Assembly (NCBI GenBank): GCA_964434115.1
Contig: CAYSSX010000005.1
Span: 95,063-159,062 of the forward strand
Length of the DNA: 64,000 nt
Origin: an uncultured bacterium
GTDB taxonomy: Bacteria; Omnitrophota; Omnitrophia; Omnitrophales; Aquincolibacteriaceae
Direction: 5' to 3'
The position numbers and the translations under genes were made by a program. Shown here one piece after another: positions 29,301 to 38,300 of this stretch. How positions within the stretch are numbered: the first letter of the stretch is position 1; each line of letters opens with the position of its first letter. The notes below the pieces were generated by a model. The model did not search any database, had not been told where the DNA came from, and worked only from the letters and a program-made list of their open reading frames with translations.

Positions 29301-32300
29301 GTCAGCTCAAGGAAAAGATCGCGGGCTTCATAAAAAACACGCCGGTAGGGATCCAGCTCGTCGTCATAAAAAAGAATCTGCCTGCGGCTTTGCCGGAGGA
29401 TCTCTTCGCTGCGGGCCTGGTCCCCGAAAAGACGGAACGATTCGTCTTCCTCTGATAAAAACCAGTAAACCTCACCTGGATCGCCGCGCCGTGCCGCACG
29501 CAGCTTTGCCTGGTCATCAATCCTCCGCGAACGGCTTTTACGCGTCATGATCACGGCAAGGCCGCCGAGCGCGCGGACATCGTCTTCGATTTTAATATTC
29601 ACGCCACGGCCCGCGACGCTGGTCGCGATTGTAATCTGGCCTTTTTTACCGGCATTCGCGACCGCCAGAACTTCTTCTTCCAGATCCAGCCCGTCGATCA
29701 CGGCCGCATCCAGAGATTCCTCTTCAAGCGCCCGGGCAAGAGCGCGCGCGTCCGAAATGCGTTTGACAAAAACAAGCACGGGCCTGCCGGCCGCGTGAAG
29801 TTCCGCGATTTTTCCGGCGATCAAACGGTCTTTCTCGTTTTTCGTGCGCGTCACGACCGGCGGATGTTCTACCAGCAGAGTCGGCGACTGCTTGGGAATG
29901 CTGATATAAGTCAGTCCGTAGGTTTTTTCAATTTCCGCGGCGTCATTGCCCATGGTTCCCGTGATAATGGAAAATCGGCTCCGCCGCTGCATCATGCGGT
30001 AGTAATTCTGGTACGTAATCAATCCGTTGTGAAAGGTGGGCTCAAGCAGTTCAGCCTCGTTTCCATGATAGGTTTCTTTCGCCGCGATAAACTGATGCCG
30101 GTGATTGCCGAGCACATGATGGGATTTAACTCTTCCCGTGAATTCATCCACCAGTTCAATTTTTCCGTTTCTCAAAATATAATCGCCGTCCCGTTCATTA
30201 AAATGCTTGGTCAGAAGCGCCTGGCGGAGCAGGTTTCCCAGTTCATGCTCACGCATCAGTTCAGTGAGCTTGAGCGTGTCAAACTGCAGGTATTTTAAAT
30301 AGTGGATCGCGGCCAGAAGCCCGTGCCGGTGAAGCTCCACCGATTCTTTTACGGGATCAATCTCGTAATCCGTGTCTTTGGAAAGGGCAAGCGCTGTTTG
30401 ATAAAGCATGAGGTAATCAACCTTTCTCAAACGGGCGGCTGAAAGAGCGTCAGGAGAAGCCAGAATCAGTGGATAACCCGATTCATCCAGAAGGGTCGCG
30501 TCCCCCTCATCAAGAATCACAATGGAGGGACCTCCGGGAGGCTGCACCTTCTGATCCAGCCGCTGTTTTCTCTGATCATAAAGAAAATCAAAAACAAACA
30601 AGTCTTTGACTCCATAAACAATGTCGCTGCGGTAAACGTCTTTCTTTTGAACTGGCTGACGATGGCCTTGGTTATCTTTGTAAGAGGAGGATAAATGCTT
30701 CTTTCCGGGACGCCTGGAGCCGCTTGACGCGGGATCAAAAAGATAAGGCTGGTCGGCTTCCGTCATAACACCGACGCGCATGCCAAGAAGGTCGAAGACA
30801 GGCCCCATTTCCTGGGCATCACGCCCGGCAAGGTAACTGTTAAACGTGTGAATGTGCGCAGCCCGGCCGCTCAGCGCGTTAATATACGCCGCCATCGCGA
30901 TAGAAAGCGTCTTGCCTTCTCCGGGCTCTTTCTCAACAGCGCTGCCGCGGTGAATCGCGATAGCCGCGGCCACTTGTTCATCCGACGGATACTGTCCGAT
31001 CCTGAAACGCGCAGCCGACTTAAAGACAGCGGCGGCCTCTGAAAAAATCGAATCCACAGTTTCACCGGCCGAGAGTCTTTCTCTGAAAGCTTCTGTCGCG
31101 GCCCGGAAATCCGCTTCTTTTTGAAAGCGCCCTTCACGGCGGTCTTCGTTTTCACGCTGAGTAATTTTAGCGGCAAGGTGCCAGATTTCAGCACGGCCAT
31201 CCGGCGCGACACCCAAAACTCTTTTAAGGTTTTTAAGGATTTCCGTATCCCGGACAAGATCAAAACGTGCTCCCAGGATATTCCTGATTTCTTCCGGGCT
31301 GAAGGCGAGCTTCACCTCTTCAGCAAACTTTCTGAGAAGCACTTCGGGAGTTTCTCCGCGAAGCATTTCAAATTCAGATTCCTCAACAAGATCATGCATA
31401 GTCCTGTAAGCAATCCCCGTTTTCCGGGTCGTTTCGCGCTGGTTACCCGCATGCAAAATGAGTGCTGAGATCGCATAGGCACGTTTTAGCTTTGCGAGAG
31501 TCGTCAATTTGAAGTCCCGTGGGAGCTCATGGCTGAATGAATCCTGAGGCAAACGGGCTTTGAGATACCGGGACAGCTTGGAACGGCTGATCCCGAGAAT
31601 TTTCACCGCGTCCGTCTGAACTCCGCGCGCATAGGTCATTACATCCCGGATATAATCTTTCTCCCTTTCGGCCCAGCTCCGGATAACCTGTTCGTCCGAA
31701 ATACCGGAGCGAAGTTCGGAGCGTACAGCTTCGCTTTGAGGATCGTCGCCGGTAATAACGGTCCACATGCCGGATTCTTCCTGAACTTTGTCCGCGAACT
31801 CTTCGAACTCGCGCCGGACTTGCGATTTGATTTGAAAAATATCGATCCACAGAACTGCGGCCGTACCCCATGCCAAAAACTCAATGAGCAAGCCGATCCT
31901 TCCCGCAGCCGGACCGAAAAGAAGGCTGAGTGCGGCTGTAAGAAGCGCCAGCACTGCGGTCTTTTTGTACGAAATCGAAAACCTTGCATGCTTGGCAAGC
32001 CATGGCCAGCGCTTAAAAAGATCGTTAACCCCTTTGAGCTCCGAAAGAAAATCCGCGGCAAGGGTCTGATCAATCACTGCCGTCAAGTAAGGGAAAGTAC
32101 GTGCGTCGGAACGGGGGTTAGAAATCGTCACCCGGACCTGATGATTCCACGGCACAACAAAATCAAGGCCCGCGTACTGTCCGGAAATTTCAAAGGCATT
32201 CCGGCTGTCTTCCGGTGACCAGGAGCGCACAGTTTCGCTCTTCCGGTAGCCGCGCACAATGAGACGGGTGCGCGAAAGAATTCTCTCCAAAGCCTCTCTG

Positions 32301-35300
32301 GCGAACTCTTCGCGGAAAAGATTCTGGTAAACGGCAGTCATGGCAAGAAAATGATCCCGGACATGGACTTTTGAAACTTCGGGAAAGTCTTCTTCCCAAA
32401 CCTGCCAGGACCGCAAAACACCCCGCTCGAGATTTTCTTTGATTTTCGCCCAGCTCTGCGTAACGCCGCTGTCAGAGGCAATCCAGTCCCTGAGAATCAA
32501 GCCTCCATTTTCGACATGAAAAGATGTTTCAAAAACATCGAGAAAGGCTTCGACGTTTCGGAAGCCCTCTTCCCGGGACACGTTCATTGCACTTCTCAAA
32601 ATTTTCCAGACGGCTTCATTTTCTTTCGCAGCCGCTTCATAACGTGCTTCAGCCTGCCGGGCCGTTTCATGATAGAGACGCGGTTCCTGCTTCCTGAGCG
32701 ACTCCGTCAAATAGTCTTCCGCGTAACCGCTGAAATCACGGAGTTCTGAGCGATCAAACGTCTCACCGCCTGCGGCCGCTTCGGGGAATGATTCGATTTC
32801 TGCAAGCAGGAGTTCGGGAAAGTTCAGCGGGTGCCCCTGAACTTTCTCGCTGCGAAGGGGCTTCCAGTGAGTTTTCACGATAAGCTGAATGCGTGTTTTG
32901 GGTTCCGTTTCCTCGCGGTAGCGGGCCAGTATTTCCCGCGCACGTTCCGATATCGCTGCCGCCGCCAGGGTTTCTTCATAATCAAGAGCGCCCGGAACAT
33001 CCTCTTCCGAAAGGGCCTGAATAAAAGCCGCTGCGATCATGCTTTCATATTTTCCAAACTTGGGAAGCAGACCGTCTGAATCAGAAAAACCGACCACGAG
33101 ATCGATATCCGAATCACGCCCCAGTTCAGGAGACACAAGCTGCTTGAGGGAGGCGCCCTGAACTCGTCCTCCGACCCACACCGCCTGAACCGGGTAAACC
33201 GGAAGCCCGGCCCCGCGCGCGGAATCCGCGTAAAGCTGAAGAGCCTTTGCGGACACGCGCCGAATCCCCCGGAATGTTCTTTTGTAGTTTTCCGCTTTCT
33301 CAGGCGTGATGGCGCCCGCGCTAAGGGCTTCCTCCACCCGCCGTTCATTCACGCTCACCACATCTTCATATGTTCTGATTTCCCGGTAGCGCCCAAAAGG
33401 CTCGTTGGTGCGCAGTTCGGAGCGGCTTTCTGAAATCCGATTGTCTTCAACAAGGGCAACCTTCTGCCCCTCCGTTGAAAAAAGGCGGCGGACAAGTTCT
33501 GCTTTTTTCCATTCACGGGGAACCAGCCGAACTTCCTGAACAGCCCAATCCCTGGGAATGGCCATCCCGCGGTAAGTTTTGTGTTCAAGATCAATCACCC
33601 AGATCTTGCTCCTGTGAATATCCACAGCAGCATAAATTTGCCCATACAGCCACCGGACGTTCTGAAGCCACTCTCCCAACTGAGCCGGGCGGGAGACGCC
33701 GGGCATTCCGTTCAGAGTGATTTCGCGCACGGGCTCAAATTTGCTGTCAAAGACCTGGAACTTTCCATCGCGTGTACTGGTCACCAAATAGTGGTTGTTC
33801 CCGATTTTTCTAAATCCATGCGGGCTTGAAAAACCGCTTAGGACTTTCAAGGTTTTCCCTGAGGCTTTGTCAACCACAAGGGTTTCGCCCCGATGGAAAA
33901 GAGAAATCAAAATCGTGTTGGAATCAAGAGCCATCGCGCTGTTCAAATGCACCGCTCTTTGACGCGTAGGAATGCCGAATTCCCCCCAGGTGGAAGGGTC
34001 TTTAACCCAAATAACCTCTCTGTGTTCCGCTTCAAGCTTCCGGGCTTCTTCTTGTGAACGGGTTAAAAAATTTCCAAACATCGACTGGTTGTAACCATGT
34101 TCCCAGGCGTTCCATTCCCAAACCACACGGTCACGATAGGTGTCAATTTCATAAACCGCATCAAAGCCGGTTGAAGCAGCGAGAAGGTATCGTCCGTCCG
34201 GAGAAAATTGAACCGTATGAATGTGTGCAAACCAGGGGTAAGTGTAAATTTTTGTGCGGCCCGTTTTGCGATTCAAAAGAGTAATCGTGTTGTTGCCCCC
34301 GACCGCCATCCGTGAACCGGAAAAATCCACATCGTGCGGCTCAAGAGCACGCTCTGACCAGAACGAACTTGCTTCGTCCATGCTGTCATTTTTCAGAGAA
34401 ACGGCGAGGATCCGGCCCTCTTTGTAAGGCCTCGACGCTGCCCCTCCTATCACTTGAGGTCCGGGTTGAAGCATGGATTGCAAGGCCCGCTCATCCGTTG
34501 CGGACTGTTCCATGCCCTTAACCGTCACAATAACGTTTTCATCCCGCGCAAGGCCGTTGTCGTATTGAAAACCGGAAAGCTGTTCTGGAATACCCGCCCG
34601 GAGCTCTGAGCGGACAGAATCATCCTCTTCCCCGTCATAAATTTTAAGAGCTGAGACGGGGAGATCAGGTTGTTCGGACACTCTCTCCGGCTCCTCTCCG
34701 GGAATAAAAAGCTGGGGCTTTTTTGGGGAATGTTCTTTCCATTTTTGAACCACTCTTTCGGCTCCGCTCATCAGAAGCCCTGCCGTAACAGCGATTAATC
34801 CGGCGCCTATTTCCTGCGCCAGGCTTAAAGACTTTCCCGCTGCGACTTGCGCGGCGGAAGCAAAAGTTAAAAAGGCCGCGGCATTAAGAAGGAAAAAACC
34901 TGCGCGCTTGATTCTTCCTTCAGCAACGGCAATCACAAAAAAGGCGCTCATCAAAAGCTGCATGCCGGCAATAAACTCTTGATGCTTTGCGGGCAGAAAC
35001 TGCGCGAACACTTGCCCGGCTTTTAAAGCCGTGAACGCGGCTCCTCCCTGCACCAGGAACCGCACCGTTTCCTGAAAACCGCTTTCTTCCTCATCGCCGG
35101 GTTCTTCCGGAGCGGTTCTCAGTTCCGAACGGACGCGGGGAATCAACAGCTTCACTTTTAATCCCTGCTTGTGCTTGATTTTTGAAACGCCTGTTTCCAT
35201 CCACGGACGCCCAATAATTTCACCTTCAATTCCAAAAATAGGCAGTGCAAAATGTTCACGCGTCCAGCGGTTGAGACTGCGGACCCAAACCAGAGAAGCA

Positions 35301-38300
35301 AACCAGCCCGAAAAGTACCTTTCACTTTTCTTGTCATACTGCACAATAACTTCCCCGCCGAGAATCCGCCGGATCACCGCGTCAATCGCATTGTGATAAC
35401 CGTGTTTGCGGACCCTGCCAAATTCATCAGGATATTCTTCGCCCATGATCGACCGCCGCACACCTTCCGCCCGGGAGGTCAACGCGCCGCCGTCCCGGAT
35501 AATGAATTGAACATTCTTAGGATCATCATCCAGCCGGTAAAAAAACATGGCGCCCATGGGGTCCACGTGCCGGATATTGGCAATCAGCTCCGAGAAAACC
35601 GGCGTCAGCTGGCCCGCCTTAAAAGAATCGCCCGGCCGGACAGAAAAATCGGGGACGTCCGATCCATACCGCTCGCGGAAGATTTTTTTCCCTTCTTTTG
35701 TGACAAGCTCTCCTTCAATCCCGGCATGATAAATAAACAGGTCTGTTGTGAGAGTTTTCAACTGGCTGAGCCGTTCCGACTCGGCAGCCACCGCTTCGTC
35801 GAGAATGGCGAGCAGCCCTTGATCAAACTCCGCGGCGGCTTTCATGTAGTTCGGCGTTCCCATCGGATGAGCCCTCAGCGTGCGGTCTTTTAAAGCTTCG
35901 ATAGCGGGGCCCATGCTGTGCGTCTTGCTTCGGTACCAGTGTTTCAAGAGCTTGGACACGATTTTGTCCGCACGCCTTTCGGGACTGGGCTCTTCCGTTT
36001 CTTCAAAGGGTGATTCATCCATTTCCGCGTCCGGATCAACGCGGAGTGCGGAGTGGGCCTGCTTACCCAAAGCGGCGTCATGAAGTTCGCGGCTAAAAGC
36101 ACCCGAACGGATTTTTTCATCAATGTCTCTCAACACTTCAATATTTGTGCTAAACCATCCGTAAACATTGCCATTACGGTCAATAATCGCCAGGGACTGC
36201 TCCAGCGGATCCACGGCCGATAAATCATAAAGATGGCGTTCCGACAGTTTTTCCGGGCGCACCATCCAGGTCATCATGTCAAGGACATGGCGTCTTGCCA
36301 TTTCAGGAATGGCCTGGATCTCTTCTTCCGTGAGCGCCTGGTTTTTTTGATACCGCTCGACTTCCTGCCGGAGTCCCTGAAGATTGAATGTCCGGTCGTC
36401 CGTTGTGATTTTAAAAATGCCTTTGAAAAAATCATAAATGCGGACTTCTTTTCGAAGATGGTCCCAGTCAAACACGGCCTTAACCTGGTCCCCTTCATAC
36501 GTCATGTTCCCGGGATGGAAATCGCCATGAACCAGAGTCTGAGGAAGACGGGCATAAACAGGCGGCGGAAGATTGAGATTTAAAAGGGAGATCTGTTCAA
36601 GGAGAAAGCTGGCGTTCTGCAGAAAAAATCTTTCCCCGCGCGTCAACACAGCGCTGGGATCGGCCTGTTTTTGAACCAGCCTTGCCTGAAGCTGCTTGAT
36701 GCGTTCTTTCTGGTTTTCAAAATCCAGAATGGAAGGGCGGGTACGCTTTCCCGTTACTTGAAAATCCCGCAGGGTTTTATGCATCGCAGCTAAGACGTCG
36801 ATGGAATTTTCAAACTGCTTCGTGTTCAAGGTCTCAGGCGTAAGATTTTGGCCTTCAACAAAATGATAAAGCAGGTAGATTTTCCCGTTTGCGGCTTCTA
36901 CAAAATAGCGGTCTTCATCAAATTCCCCTGCGGGTTTTGTCGTCGGCACCAAGTCCGCGGCCGGAATCCCTTTGCGCACCAGTTCCCGCACCACGGACAC
37001 TTCAAAACGAGCGCCTTCTGTCAGCTCGGGATAAAGCACACGGGTCAGCGGTTTAAGAATGTACTTGCCCTTGCTTGTGGTGACCTGAAGAGATTTGCCG
37101 TGCTCCCCGATCCCCCCGGCTGTGGGGCTTATTTTCTGAACTTCTCCGAGGGCATACTGCTTCAGGACTTCTGGCGCAGCTTCCAGATCTGCGCGGGCCA
37201 TCTCGGCCTGCCAGCGCGCGCTTCGCACATCTTCCCTGTCCGGATCTTCTGCCGTTTCTTCCATTCGAAGCTCGGCCCTGGCCGCTGTTTGACCGGAGTC
37301 ATTTTTTCTCGTCTTACGGAACCGGAGATCCGCTTCACGAGCCATTTCGGGCAGATCGCCGGATAAATTCCGGACAATTCCGCTCAGGCTGTTCATTTCT
37401 TCCGCAATCCGTTGACGCACCTCGGGTCGGCCTGAATTTTCCATTTCAAACAACGTGATAAGGCGGGCCATGCCCGAAGCAATACCCGAAGCAAAAATGC
37501 CTGACCCTGCGGCCATGCCCTGCCGGTAATATTCCTGGTGTCTTTCATCAAGGTGCGTGACCCGGGGCACGGCCACGGCATAACCCATACCCAGGTTTTC
37601 CAGAATGCTCCGGATGCGGTCCGAATGAAATCCTCCATACACCAGCACCGCGGTTTTCTCATCCGGAATTTTTGAGAATTCTTCCACAGCTTCACGGATT
37701 TTTTCGTCGCGTCTCATCGCGGTCTCATAAAAACCGCGCGCGCACTGAAGGCTTTCTTCCCACCGGCGCGGCAGCACAATCGTTTTCTTTCCTTCGCGCG
37801 CCAAAAAGGCGGCAAGGTCCTGAGTCTTGAAAGCGTCGAGGGTTTCCTTCGAGGCCTGGTATTCGGCGGGAGTGACTTCGAGTTTGTTCAAACGGTGAAA
37901 AAGGCGGACGGCTTTGAAATACTCATACAGTTGTTTTTCCCGAGGACTCTCAAGCAGGGCTTCGGCAAGGCCGTCTTCGAGCCGTTTCATTTCCAGAAGA
38001 AGCTCTGAGGCCCCCCGCTGATTCACGCGGTCTAAAAGATCGGCTTGCTTGGTGTCCAGCGCCCGCAGCATTTCAGCAGAGGCGGGGTATAAAATTTCAA
38101 ATTGTCCCCCTGCCGGCGAAGCAAGGTAAAGGCGGCAGACCTCCCTCAGATAAACCGCGAAGTCTGTTTTGGTTTCTTCAAAACGTTTCTTCGCACGCAG
38201 AAAATCCTGAAGCTTTTTCAAACCGAGAGAGCGTGTAAGATTCTCCAGCTCTCTTTCCACAGCCAGGAAATCCTCTTCCACATCTCCTTGAACACGCACC

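Noticed and set aside
20870-35131. Possibility that the RSELR copies reflect a DNA direct repeat, CRISPR-like array or mobile-element terminal repeats
   Set aside because: The 15-nt sequences differ at synonymous positions in almost every copy, and spacing is irregular (0.5 to 4 kb). Conservation is therefore at the peptide level. No repeat-spacer structure exists.
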